DNA of 61,180 nucleotides, from positions 1 to 61,180 of IMG/VR virus record IMGVR_UViG_3300023099_000001. One strand, given 5' to 3'. The notes beneath the pieces are model-generated. The model saw nothing but the letters and a program-made list of their open reading frames with translations. It was not told the origin of the DNA and made no database searches. Below are positions 25,217-34,704 of the stretch, one piece after another (positions within the stretch are counted from its first letter, which is position 1; each line of letters opens with the position of its first letter). This stretch comes from a virus. The position numbers were made by a program, and so were the translations under genes.

Positions 25217-25972
25217 ATGCCAACAAGACAAATCTCTAACGGTAACGTAACCGTATGGTGGGTTACATCCATTGCTACACCGGCCTCACCAACACCAGCC
25301 GAAATTAACGCCGGAATTAACCTATCGGCGGCTATCGCATGGAATAACTTTGAATTAGGTTCCACAGGTTCAGCCGATGTTGACGACCGTTCAATTGTGG
25401 ATGCCGGTAACTCTGTATCTCGCGGGTTCCCCGATTTCGGTGCAACACTAGATTTCTTCCGCGAAGCAAACATGGCAGACACTGCTTCTATTTACCAGCA
25501 GGCGTTTACGCTGTTCAAGACACCGGGTATTTATGGGTACCTTGTTGTTCGTTACGGACAGGCACTGCCAACCGCAGTAGCGGCTGCTGGCGAATATGTA
25601 AGCGTCTACTATGTGCAGACAGACGTTTTCTCTGACGACACAGAAGGTGACGATAGTGTTAAGTTTGAAGTTACTTACTTACCACAAGGTGTCCTGTTTG
25701 AACACACTCTCGTGAAGACGGCTGTAGTTCCGATCAGTGCACCAACCACTCTTTCTCTAGCAACCAACGGAGCTATCGGAAAGCTGAAGATTACAGTCTC
25801 CGGTAAGGATGTTACTAGTGGAGCAACATATACAGTGAGCGACCCTACTAAAGCAATTTCAAAAGGTAACGGAATTATTCAGCGCGTAGCTGCGGGTACA
25901 GGTGTGACAGTAACAGTCAGCCACCCGGCAGCTACAGGTTCCAGCACGGCTGTTACACTGACAATGCCATAA
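25217..25972 (+). CDS. major tail (tube) protein paralog 2 with C-terminal Ig-like domain
   Basis: 251 aa. The C-terminus (ISAPTTLSLATNGAIGKLKITVSGKDVTSGATYTVSDPTKA...VTVTVSHPA) resembles a Big_2-type Ig fold. Confidence 0.7.
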   Translation: MPTRQISNGNVTVWWVTSIATPASPTPAEINAGINLSAAIAWNNFELGSTGSADVDDRSIVDAGNSVSRGFPDFGATLDFFREANMADTASIYQQAFTLFKTPGIYGYLVVRYGQALPTAVAAAGEYVSVYYVQTDVFSDDTEGDDSVKFEVTYLPQGVLFEHTLVKTAVVPISAPTTLSLATNGAIGKLKITVSGKDVTSGATYTVSDPTKAISKGNGIIQRVAAGTGVTVTVSHPAATGSSTAVTLTMP

Positions 25973-25982
25973 TAGTAACAAT

Positions 25983-26011
25983 TTGATTACAACTTAAAAA
26001 TCACGTATAAT
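25983..26011 (+). promoter_or_regulatory. sigma70-like promoter (TTGATT-17 nt-TATAAT)
   Basis: -35 TTGATT at 25983-25988, exact 17-nt spacer, -10 TATAAT at 26006-26011. Confidence 0.55.
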
Positions 26012-26049
26012 TAGGGGCATGGAGTGCTATACTTCATGCCCCTAATTTT
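26011..26049 (+). terminator. rho-independent terminator / 5' hairpin after the tail tube genes
   Basis: TTAGGGGCATG-13 nt-CATGCCCCTAA followed by TTTTA. Confidence 0.7.
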
Positions 26050-26063
26050 ATGGAGAGAATTAA

Positions 26064-26726
26064 ATGTCAGACGTAAACCCCATCGAAGCTGCAAAAGCAC
26101 CCGGCGTGTTTGATTTAAACAGCTTCCTTGCTGGTGTGGCATACCCGGAAGAAACAGTAACCGTGTTTACTGACGCGTATGCGGTAAACGAACTCATCCG
26201 TCTTAAGTCTAGACGGAATGAAATTGAGTTAACGCTAAAAGAGAAGAAAAAGTCTGCGCAGAGAACAATTGCTGGTAATCAGCCCGCCACTAACGACGTG
26301 GAAGAGCTTGAAGAGATTAACGACAAAATTGAAAAACTAGACAAAGTGGTGGCTGAAAGCGCGCTTAAAATCAAGTTACGCGGCATTTCTCCCAAAGCTT
26401 TAGAAGACTTAACAGCTAAGCATTACACAGACCCACAAGTGAACTATTCTGGTAAGCCAGAAGAAAAAGCGCGTGATTACGAACTTATCGCTACTGCAAT
26501 TGTAAGCATTGAAAATGCGGAAGGCAGTGTTGATGTAACGCCTGTTGGTGTAGAAAAGGTTAAGCAACTGCAAGGCGTTCTTCTAGAGGGCGAATACATG
26601 CGTATTGTTTACGGCGTGTCTCGCGTAGCCATGAATGGCGCACTCTTCGATGAGGCGGTCGATGCCCCCTTTCTTAGCGGACGTACTAACTTGGCCGGAC
26701 AACAGAGGGTTCGTAACAGCGCTTAG
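26064..26726 (+). CDS. tail assembly chaperone (gpG-like)
   Basis: 220 aa between the tube and tape measure genes; overlaps the next ORF by 92 nt. Confidence 0.7.
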   Translation: MSDVNPIEAAKAPGVFDLNSFLAGVAYPEETVTVFTDAYAVNELIRLKSRRNEIELTLKEKKKSAQRTIAGNQPATNDVEELEEINDKIEKLDKVVAESALKIKLRGISPKALEDLTAKHYTDPQVNYSGKPEEKARDYELIATAIVSIENAEGSVDVTPVGVEKVKQLQGVLLEGEYMRIVYGVSRVAMNGALFDEAVDAPFLSGRTNLAGQQRVRNSA

Positions 26727-27114
26727 AGTAGCGCGAGACTATCAAGTCCCGCCTACGGTAATGCTTTTACAAAACAGACAGCCTACAGAAGGCTGGTCAG
26801 CCAACGATAAAAAGTTGGCAATGGCGCTTCAAATTCTGGAAGATGAAACGTGCTCAGACTGCGGTGTGCCCATATGGATTGGGCACAGTGACGATAAAAA
26901 CGTTGAATTTGAAATCAAGTCAAAGACTTGTTATTCCTGCGCTCGCATAGAGTCCGAAAAAGAGTCGGAAGAAAAGCGCTCAAGTAAGCGTAAAGGAAGT
27001 AACCGTGGCAACCACGGACGTAAGCGCTTCCTTGTTACAAACAACAATGGACTAGCCCCCTCCCGTGAAAAATACATGCTAGTTCAATCGGGTATAATTG
27101 TAGATGACGACTGA
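26635..27114 (+). CDS. tail assembly chaperone frameshift extension (gpT-like), in the +1 frame relative to 26064-26726
   Basis: The overlapping ORF has no RBS of its own. Candidate slip site GCC CCC UUU C at 26664-26673. The extension carries CSDCG...CYSC. Confidence 0.6.
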   Translation: MAHSSMRRSMPPFLADVLTWPDNRGFVTALRVARDYQVPPTVMLLQNRQPTEGWSANDKKLAMALQILEDETCSDCGVPIWIGHSDDKNVEFEIKSKTCYSCARIESEKESEEKRSSKRKGSNRGNHGRKRFLVTNNNGLAPSREKYMLVQSGIIVDDD

Positions 27115-27140
27115 GATTAAAATGACAAAGGAAAACGGCG

Positions 27141-30100
27141 ATGCCAGATAATTCAACTGATGTTGACATTAACATTGCCGTTGACGGTACCGCAAGTTTA
27201 AGAACCGCAGCCAACGCTTTAGCCGCTATAAACGACAGCCTAAAAAGTGTCGGTAGCTCGCTGGGTAGCGCTATCAGCGGTATCGATAAATTAGAAAAAT
27301 CTCTTGCCGGTGTCTCAAAGCAACGTTCAGGCATTGAATCTCTTACTGCGGCCACTAAAGAGTACTACAAAGTTGCTAATACTACGCCGACTAAATCAGG
27401 TGTGTTTAGCGAAACAGCGGCGCAACAACAGGGCAGTGTTTCACTCCAGTCGGCTAACGGTATCTATTACCGCGACATGGAAGGGCAGTTTATTTCAACT
27501 GCCAAAGCCGCGAGTATTGCGGATGCTGCACTGGCAAAAAACCGTGAGAACCTTGACAAATCTGCCGCAGCTTATGGCCGCGTCACGGAAGCAAATCATA
27601 CATTCGGTAGCGCTATCATTGACAGCCGCACCAGAATGCAGAAATTTAACGACGGTCTACGAGACATTAACCAAAATGCCTCTACAACACGTTACGCACT
27701 TTATGACGTAAGCCAGTCCTTCGCTGTGCTGGGTGCTGGCCTTCTATCTGTCTCTGTGGCCTCTGCTGCTGTGGCTATCCAATACGAGCGTGACTTCGCT
27801 AACGTTATTAGAACATCACAAGACGGCACAATCGGAATCTCTGAGCTTCGTGACGAACTTATCGGCCTAACAGAAGATATTCCTATTGCGTTCTCAGAGA
27901 TTACAGAAATCGCTACCCTTGGTGGGCAACTAGGTATAGCCGGTAAAGACCTTGACGAATTTACTTCTGTTGTTGCCCGCCTTGCTGCTACTACTGACCT
28001 TTCTGCTGAAGCCGCTGGTACAGCGCTTGGCCGTTTCCAAGCTCTACTAGGCGTGCCCGGTGATGAGTTTGAAAACCTTGCTAGTTCCATTCTTAAAGTC
28101 GGTGTTAACTCTGTTGCTACAGAATCACAGATTGTCGCTATCTCAACGCAGATTAGCTCAATGGCTGACTTCGCTGGGTTCACTGCCGATCAAGTTGTAG
28201 GACTCGCTGGTGCTTTAGCATCGGTTGGTGCCGCCCCTGAACTATCTCGCGGTACTATCACCCGCGTTTTCTCTTTAATGTCAAAGGCTATTGCCGGTAG
28301 TACAGAACAACTTGATGGCTTTGCTAGAATTTCTGGCGTATCTGCTGCTGAGTTTGAAAAGTCATTTGGTACATCAGAATTCGCTGGTATCTTCCAGAAG
28401 TTCCTTATAGGACTTGAGAGCATCAATGATGCTGGCGGTAACGCAGTCATCGAGCTTAACAATCTTGGCATTAGTTCTGTGCGTGACGTTCCACTCCTAC
28501 TTCGCCTAGCTGGTGCGCAGGATACCGTGACACGCGCATTTATTGATTCAGCTACAGCCTACGCCGAGGCCACAGAGTTACAGGATCAATACGGTATCAT
28601 TGCGGATACTACCGCCTCAAAAATTCAGCTACTAATTAACAGCGTAACTAATTTGCTTGATGCTTTAGGTTCAGGCGCTACTGGTCCCATTAAAGATGTA
28701 GTAGACATGTTGGCCGAAATGGTTCAGAATATTACGGAATTTGTTAAGACCGACGCTGGACAAAGAATCACAGTAGTTGTTTTAGCGTTAACGGCTCTAG
28801 CCGGTGTACTAGCATTAACAGTTTCAGGCTTAGCTCTTTCTGCTGCCGGGTATCTCGCCGTACAGCAGGCTTTAATCGGATTAGGGCTTAGAGCTAATAC
28901 GGCTACGATTAGCCTAACTGCAACAGAACTAGCTGCCCGCCGCACAGCGTTAGCATTTAACCTACTGAAAGGCGCTGCAATTGCTGCCGGTGTTATTGCC
29001 GCAATTACATTCCTCCCAGATATTACAGAACAAGGTAAGGTTTGGGCTGATGAAGTTCGCGGCATTGACCGTAGCTTTGTCCCCGCGTTAGGTCGTTTAG
29101 CTAAAGCCAGCGATGAGGTCGCAAAGCAAACTGTTACAACAACAAAGACCTATTCAACGTATGCTGGTGGAACATACACAGCCGGTAAAGTAACGGAAGA
29201 CCTTTCGGCTGCGCAAATTCAAGCTGCTAAAGATGCTAACACTTTATGGAACAGCCTATTAAGCGGACGCGGCGTTAATGCTGAACTAAAGCGCGATTTT
29301 GAATCCACGCAGAAAGCGTTAATCGAGCTTGCTAATACTGGTGATGTAGAAGGCTTAAACTCTAGACTTACTGCTGTCGCTAATGCTTTTGGCATAACTA
29401 CTCAAGAGGTCATAAAAGGAATGCCAGACCTTGGGAAAGCCCTTGCGAACGGAAATCTGGAGCTTACCAAGAACGAAAACGGTGTGTACAGTCTTACCAC
29501 TAAGCTTACTGAATTCTCTGCCGTTGAAGAAATAGCTACTGCTCGTGCAGAAGAGCTTGCTACGCAGCTAGGCCTTCTCCCAGAAGAACTTGACAATCTT
29601 AAGACAAACCTTACTTCTGGTAGCGCTGGCTTCGTACAGTTCGGTGACCTCATACAACGTGTGCAAGACAAGACACGCGGCTGGGCTGAAGAAGAATCTA
29701 AAGAAAAATATGATTCTAAGGATTCTTGGCAGGAATGGTATGACGGTAGCTCCGTCAATATCTACGACTTTATGACTCTGCTGGATCAACAAATAAACGC
29801 ACAAGCTGTGTGGGCCGATGACTTAGCTGAACTAAGCGCTCGTGGTGCTAACGCTTTTGTTAGCGAACTGGCAAAAATGGGACCGGAAGGTGCACCGCTC
29901 GCTGCCGCTGCTGTGAATCTTACAGCAGAAGAATTATTCAGACTAGAAGATCAAGCACGTCTTGCTGCGTTCTTAGCAAGCACAGCTTTTGCTGAAACCT
30001 TTACAGAAAATCAGCCAGCACTTATTGCAGCATATAAGTCTGGCGGTATCGCTGCTGTGCAGGCGCTTATTACAGCACAGCGTGAAAATCCGGTGCCGCC

Positions 30101-30614
30101 TATTACGCCTACAGTAGATACAGAGCCTGCTCGCAGTACGTTTAACAAGCTTCTCCAAGACTTCCCTAAGTCTGTAACCGTTCGTGTCGATATGGTACCG
30201 GGTGGTGGAGCAAAACTTGGCACTGGGCAGTTTGCAAACAAAATAGTTCCGCTTGCAACAGGTGGGCCTGTTAGCGGGCCGGGTACTGGTACATCCGATA
30301 CAGCAGGAATATTCGCGCTATCAAATAACGAATATGTTGTCAAGGCGAAATCTGCTGAAGGACTAGGATTACCAGTGATGAACTACATCAACAAATATGG
30401 TAGATTACCCGGATTTGCTACTGGCGGTTCAGTCGGCGGCGGCACAACTACAGTCGCGTCAATCGGAAGCGGAATTGTAGAACTAGGTCCTACAAGTCTG
30501 GGAATTCTACGTCAAGCTCTGGCACGAGAAATAGCAGTATACCTTGACGGTTCAGCTGTGGGTAGAAGTGTAAATGAATATAATGCTAATCAGGCAAGAC
30601 GTGGAGCTAACTAA
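27141..30614 (+). CDS. tape measure protein
   Basis: 1157 aa; Ala-rich helical protein with TM-like segments, after the chaperones. Confidence 0.9.
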   Translation: MPDNSTDVDINIAVDGTASLRTAANALAAINDSLKSVGSSLGSAISGIDKLEKSLAGVSKQRSGIESLTAATKEYYKVANTTPTKSGVFSETAAQQQGSVSLQSANGIYYRDMEGQFISTAKAASIADAALAKNRENLDKSAAAYGRVTEANHTFGSAIIDSRTRMQKFNDGLRDINQNASTTRYALYDVSQSFAVLGAGLLSVSVASAAVAIQYERDFANVIRTSQDGTIGISELRDELIGLTEDIPIAFSEITEIATLGGQLGIAGKDLDEFTSVVARLAATTDLSAEAAGTALGRFQALLGVPGDEFENLASSILKVGVNSVATESQIVAISTQISSMADFAGFTADQVVGLAGALASVGAAPELSRGTITRVFSLMSKAIAGSTEQLDGFARISGVSAAEFEKSFGTSEFAGIFQKFLIGLESINDAGGNAVIELNNLGISSVRDVPLLLRLAGAQDTVTRAFIDSATAYAEATELQDQYGIIADTTASKIQLLINSVTNLLDALGSGATGPIKDVVDMLAEMVQNITEFVKTDAGQRITVVVLALTALAGVLALTVSGLALSAAGYLAVQQALIGLGLRANTATISLTATELAARRTALAFNLLKGAAIAAGVIAAITFLPDITEQGKVWADEVRGIDRSFVPALGRLAKASDEVAKQTVTTTKTYSTYAGGTYTAGKVTEDLSAAQIQAAKDANTLWNSLLSGRGVNAELKRDFESTQKALIELANTGDVEGLNSRLTAVANAFGITTQEVIKGMPDLGKALANGNLELTKNENGVYSLTTKLTEFSAVEEIATARAEELATQLGLLPEELDNLKTNLTSGSAGFVQFGDLIQRVQDKTRGWAEEESKEKYDSKDSWQEWYDGSSVNIYDFMTLLDQQINAQAVWADDLAELSARGANAFVSELAKMGPEGAPLAAAAVNLTAEELFRLEDQARLAAFLASTAFAETFTENQPALIAAYKSGGIAAVQALITAQRENPVPPITPTVDTEPARSTFNKLLQDFPKSVTVRVDMVPGGGAKLGTGQFANKIVPLATGGPVSGPGTGTSDTAGIFALSNNEYVVKAKSAEGLGLPVMNYINKYGRLPGFATGGSVGGGTTTVASIGSGIVELGPTSLGILRQALAREIAVYLDGSAVGRSVNEYNANQARRGAN

Positions 30615-31492
30615 TGGCCGGACAAATTTGGTTTGGTAGACCCGGAGATTTTCGTTGGATGCCTGCGCCCGCCACAGGCATGTCTGCGCGTAACGAAGGA
30701 TACTCAGAAACAATAAACTTCGAAAACGGGCGAGCTTCGGTGGTTCGCTCCAAAGCTTCTCATAAGGTTTTCGAGTGGATTTTTCCGGTTCAAGATGCCA
30801 CTGAATACGAGGGGCTTGACGTTTACTCGGAGTACGCTACCGGATTACGCGGAATTGGTGACAAGGTTTACTGGGCCGACCCTATGAACTACGATACAAA
30901 CCTCTTCCCTCCCGGTTGGGCAGCACCAGCATTACAGGAGCAAGGATGGAAAAGCGTCGCACCGTTAGCTACTGTCACATATCTTAACACCGCCGCCAAT
31001 TCTTATTTGCAACCGTCACGCACGGCAACGTTTAACCTCAACTCCATTCCTGCCAATACCCCAGCGGGGGCGAGCGTAATTATTCCAATCCCGCCATCAC
31101 ATACTTTGAGTATTGGGCACAGTGGTGCCAACATCGGTGCCGCAGCAGTTGTGGCTAGGCCTATCAATTTTGACGGAACATACGCTACCGTTGTCCCGCT
31201 TACTCCGTTGAACCCAGTAAACTTCACTAGATACAATGCAACCTTTGCGGGTTCCAGTTTTTCGGCTGTCGAAGTTTACTTGCGGCAAACTACAGTTTCT
31301 GCGGGTAATAGCGTTACGATTACTTCCCTCTCAGCGCGTCTTGATTCTTTATCACTTCCCACGACGGACGTTTTTGTTTCGGGAAAGGGAACAACCGGCA
31401 TGAAGTTTGCTGATGGTGCAATTTCTGAAACTTATGTGATGCAGGATCGTCACCTTAAAGGAATGTCAACAAGCTTGGTGGAGGTGGATTAA
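30614..31492 (+). CDS. distal tail protein (Dit-like)
   Basis: 292 aa directly after the tape measure gene (ATGA-type coupling). Confidence 0.6.
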   Translation: MAGQIWFGRPGDFRWMPAPATGMSARNEGYSETINFENGRASVVRSKASHKVFEWIFPVQDATEYEGLDVYSEYATGLRGIGDKVYWADPMNYDTNLFPPGWAAPALQEQGWKSVAPLATVTYLNTAANSYLQPSRTATFNLNSIPANTPAGASVIIPIPPSHTLSIGHSGANIGAAAVVARPINFDGTYATVVPLTPLNPVNFTRYNATFAGSSFSAVEVYLRQTTVSAGNSVTITSLSARLDSLSLPTTDVFVSGKGTTGMKFADGAISETYVMQDRHLKGMSTSLVEVD

Positions 31493-33762
31493 TGTCTGTA
31501 GAATTAGATATAACTAGTTCGGGTACTGTTGGCGATGTCATAAATTGGTCGGTTACAGAGAACGCAACACCTGTTGCTATTGGTGACAGTTCTGGTAGTG
31601 TGGGTCAGATTTCAGTCACAGTGGAACAAGGTATTGATTCAGAGTTCATCATCGACTCTAGTGCCGTTTTTACACACGAGGATTTGGGTTCTATAAACGG
31701 TCGCGTTTCTGACGGTACCAGTAACGGTGCCTCGGAACTTACAGATACTAGTTTCCCGCTTTCAATTGACACTGTGCTTAGTTCGCTTGCAACCGATAGG
31801 GTAGCAAAAAGCATATCTCGTCTATCTGATGTATACAAGGTGAACACTGCGGTTTACCCATATTTTGACAATTTGGCAATGAACCCAGCAGATGGAAGCT
31901 TAGCTGCAATCTCTGGTGATCAATACATGACCTACGATGCAAGCGGTAATCCGACATTACCTAATACTATTGTGCTTTCGGGTGGAATTTACGTCAACGA
32001 TTTTATTATCGACACAAATGACGACCTTTGGGTTTATGACATAAATTCTTCCACTATACGTAAGTATGACAGCGCGGGAGCCTACCTTGGAATAACAATA
32101 TCAGGGCATAACAATCTTTCTAGAATGGCAGTTAACAGTACCCACCTTTTTGTTACTGACCCTGCTAACTCTAGGATTAGGGTTTATCTAGTTTCAACTG
32201 GTGCCTACGTTACGCAGTGGGGTACACTTGGCGCGGGAAATGGTCAATTCTTCAATCTTGGCGGTATCGCGGTTGGGGACAGTATCACAACCTTTGGACC
32301 GGGATCAGTTTATGTGGTGGATGGTCCGCAAACTACAAACTTCCGAGTTCAGAAATTTGATTATTCTGGAACATATATTACAAGCTGGACCTTTGACACT
32401 GCTGGGATTGAACCATCTGAGCGCTTCCCATATCATAGCCCCGTTTCTGCTGATGGAAATGACATGCTATGGTTTACCGATTTAGTTACCGGGACAGTTT
32501 ATGCACATTTGGCACCGACTGGGGAACGCTTTGCTAAAATGCCACTCACCTTTGCCAAGAAAACAGTTTCTGCATTTATCAGGACAGAAACTTTCGCGAG
32601 TGTTGGTAATGCAACTGGATTTTCCACGGCTGAAAACTTGTACCGGTTTATCGGCTTTACTCCCACCCTATCTGATGCTTTCAGTTACTACATAAATTTA
32701 GTCGATCCTAATATTCTAGTATCTTATCAGGCTAGTACTAATCCGACGGTGATCGCAAAGGGCTGGACTGGTGATGTTTGGAAGTATCTCAAAGACCTCT
32801 GCGCTGCTTATAACGTAGAGATTGCCCTAATTTCTGACAGTATTATTATTAGGGACATATCTACATCAGTGCTCCCCATAGAGGATGCACTTGCTGGGTC
32901 CACCAGCCTCACGCTTTCCACTGCTAACTCCGCAAGAACTGTCAACATAAAGAACTATAAAAGTTTTTATACACCACTGGGGCTTGCCTATAGCGCGTTT
33001 TCTGAAGGCAAGGAAATCTCTGTTGACATTGGCGCTACAGTAACTTATACTACCGCAACAAACCATGACCTTACAGAAGTTTATGCGCCGATAATGCTAT
33101 CCGATCCGGGGCTGGTCGGGAAAGGCACACCGGGATTTGTGTTATACGACGCAGAAGGTAAATTATATCCTGAGGCAGCGTGGTATAACAACCCAGATTA
33201 TGCCGGGGTTTATAAAGTCGAACTTGACCCCACTAATAGTTCAAACGTTGTTACAACAATTGTAGGTCCTAGATCACTGCTTCCGGGCTATCCCGGTCCT
33301 TACCGAATCGTGGGTGGTGGGTTTTACGGTAGAGGCGTTTTCATGGAGCCAGAAATGATTAATCTGTATGTTGGGAATGCTGAAAGTACAACGCCAGAAG
33401 AGGTAGCCAAAGATATTGACAACATCTTTATTAAGTCTTTGTCGCAGGTTTACGATAGAGGCTCTTGGGCCTCTGAGCAAGTTCTGAGCCCACAGGTTAA
33501 ACTGTCATTCAGCATTCCCACAACTCAGGTTCAATCTTTTGGCCTAACTCAAGGTTCTCGTTTTCTTTTTAAAGAAGCAATATACCGTGTGATCGATGTA
33601 ACACTTTCCAAGTCTACAGTTAAAATCGACGCTGTGCGCCATACCACGCAGGCTGACGTTGTGGCTGTTATTGGAAGCGCCACTATGGGGGATTACGTAA
33701 ACGTGTGGGGTGACCACCCTGCCAAAGATGTCCTGATTAAGCCGCTAAGGACGATTCTGTAG
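31492..33762 (+). CDS. tail-associated (Tal-like) protein with NHL-type beta-propeller repeats
   Basis: 756 aa. Repeats such as NSRIRVYLVSTGAYVTQWGTLGAGNGQFFNLGGIAVG and NFRVQKFDYSGTYITSW. Confidence 0.6.
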   Translation: MSVELDITSSGTVGDVINWSVTENATPVAIGDSSGSVGQISVTVEQGIDSEFIIDSSAVFTHEDLGSINGRVSDGTSNGASELTDTSFPLSIDTVLSSLATDRVAKSISRLSDVYKVNTAVYPYFDNLAMNPADGSLAAISGDQYMTYDASGNPTLPNTIVLSGGIYVNDFIIDTNDDLWVYDINSSTIRKYDSAGAYLGITISGHNNLSRMAVNSTHLFVTDPANSRIRVYLVSTGAYVTQWGTLGAGNGQFFNLGGIAVGDSITTFGPGSVYVVDGPQTTNFRVQKFDYSGTYITSWTFDTAGIEPSERFPYHSPVSADGNDMLWFTDLVTGTVYAHLAPTGERFAKMPLTFAKKTVSAFIRTETFASVGNATGFSTAENLYRFIGFTPTLSDAFSYYINLVDPNILVSYQASTNPTVIAKGWTGDVWKYLKDLCAAYNVEIALISDSIIIRDISTSVLPIEDALAGSTSLTLSTANSARTVNIKNYKSFYTPLGLAYSAFSEGKEISVDIGATVTYTTATNHDLTEVYAPIMLSDPGLVGKGTPGFVLYDAEGKLYPEAAWYNNPDYAGVYKVELDPTNSSNVVTTIVGPRSLLPGYPGPYRIVGGGFYGRGVFMEPEMINLYVGNAESTTPEEVAKDIDNIFIKSLSQVYDRGSWASEQVLSPQVKLSFSIPTTQVQSFGLTQGSRFLFKEAIYRVIDVTLSKSTVKIDAVRHTTQADVVAVIGSATMGDYVNVWGDHPAKDVLIKPLRTIL

Positions 33763-33769
33763 CAGATGG

Positions 33770-33775
33770 TATAAT
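33770..33775 (+). promoter_or_regulatory. candidate -10 box (TATAAT)
   Basis: ggTATAATataataATG in a 19-nt spacer. Confidence 0.3.
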
Positions 33776-33781
33776 ATAATA

Positions 33782-33907
33782 ATGACTTTAAATAATCAAG
33801 CTTCTTACGCCCCCGCAGAAATGCAGCCGTGGGTCCGCGAAGTGGAGAAAGAAATCAATGAACTTAAAGATTTGATTAAAGTTCTGTCTACGCAGGTGGG
33901 TAAGTAA
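33782..33907 (+). CDS. small ORF (41 aa), coiled-coil-like
   Basis: Hand translation MTLNNQASYAPAEMQPWVREVEKEINELKDLIKVLSTQVGK; TAATG-coupled to the next gene. Confidence 0.45.
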   Translation: MTLNNQASYAPAEMQPWVREVEKEINELKDLIKVLSTQVGK

Positions 33908-34695
33908 TGCCGACAACATCACCAGATAATATATACTTCACTGATACTTCCCAACCGGGGAACCCTATTACCGAATCAGCCACTCAGGCAACAAGTATTC
34001 AGGCGGCGCTGAACAGCCGCTCCGTCCATTCTTATAAGTGGAATAACTCTGCGGCTCGAATCGCCCAAACTGGTATGTCCGAGGGGGATGTCGGGGATCA
34101 GAGAGACACCAATATAACTTATCGATATGATGGCGCACAGTGGCGTGCGATCAGTGCTGGACTTATCCCTGCGGTTCCGGCAGGCGTAGCCGGGTCAGGG
34201 GTTGTGCTTTCTGCCGGAGGTTTGGTTACCTTTACTGGCTCGACAACGGTTAGCGTAAATGGTTGTTTTGATTCCGCATTTCGCCGCAACCAGATTCTTA
34301 TAGAATGGGATTCGGGTGCAGCGTCCGACGTTTTCTTGCGGTTCCGCTCTGGCGGTACTGATGCCACCGGTCTAGACTACACAACTCAAGGTGTGCATAA
34401 TGCTGCCGCTGCCGTCACGGGCGTGGGAGCTTTAAACTCTTACATTCCTCTCAGCTATGCAGACCTTGAAGTGGGTTCTTCCCGCGTTGAGTTAAGAAAA
34501 GTATCAGCCGCCACGATTACTCGCTACCAGACGCAAGGAGAATCGTCAAACGCGGCAGGAACTTCCGTATCGGCAATGTTCAGCGGAGGAAATCACAAAG
34601 TGGCCGCCGCTTATGACGGGTTTACTATCTACCGAGAATCTGGCGGGACACTTAGCGGTGAACTGGTAGTCTACGGCTTCAACAGTAATATTTAA
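33907..34695 (+). CDS. minor tail / receptor-binding protein (putative)
   Basis: 262 aa; last structural gene before the lysis genes. Confidence 0.5.
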   Translation: MPTTSPDNIYFTDTSQPGNPITESATQATSIQAALNSRSVHSYKWNNSAARIAQTGMSEGDVGDQRDTNITYRYDGAQWRAISAGLIPAVPAGVAGSGVVLSAGGLVTFTGSTTVSVNGCFDSAFRRNQILIEWDSGAASDVFLRFRSGGTDATGLDYTTQGVHNAAAAVTGVGALNSYIPLSYADLEVGSSRVELRKVSAATITRYQTQGESSNAAGTSVSAMFSGGNHKVAAAYDGFTIYRESGGTLSGELVVYGFNSNI

Positions 34696-34704
34696 GGGGT
34701 CGTT

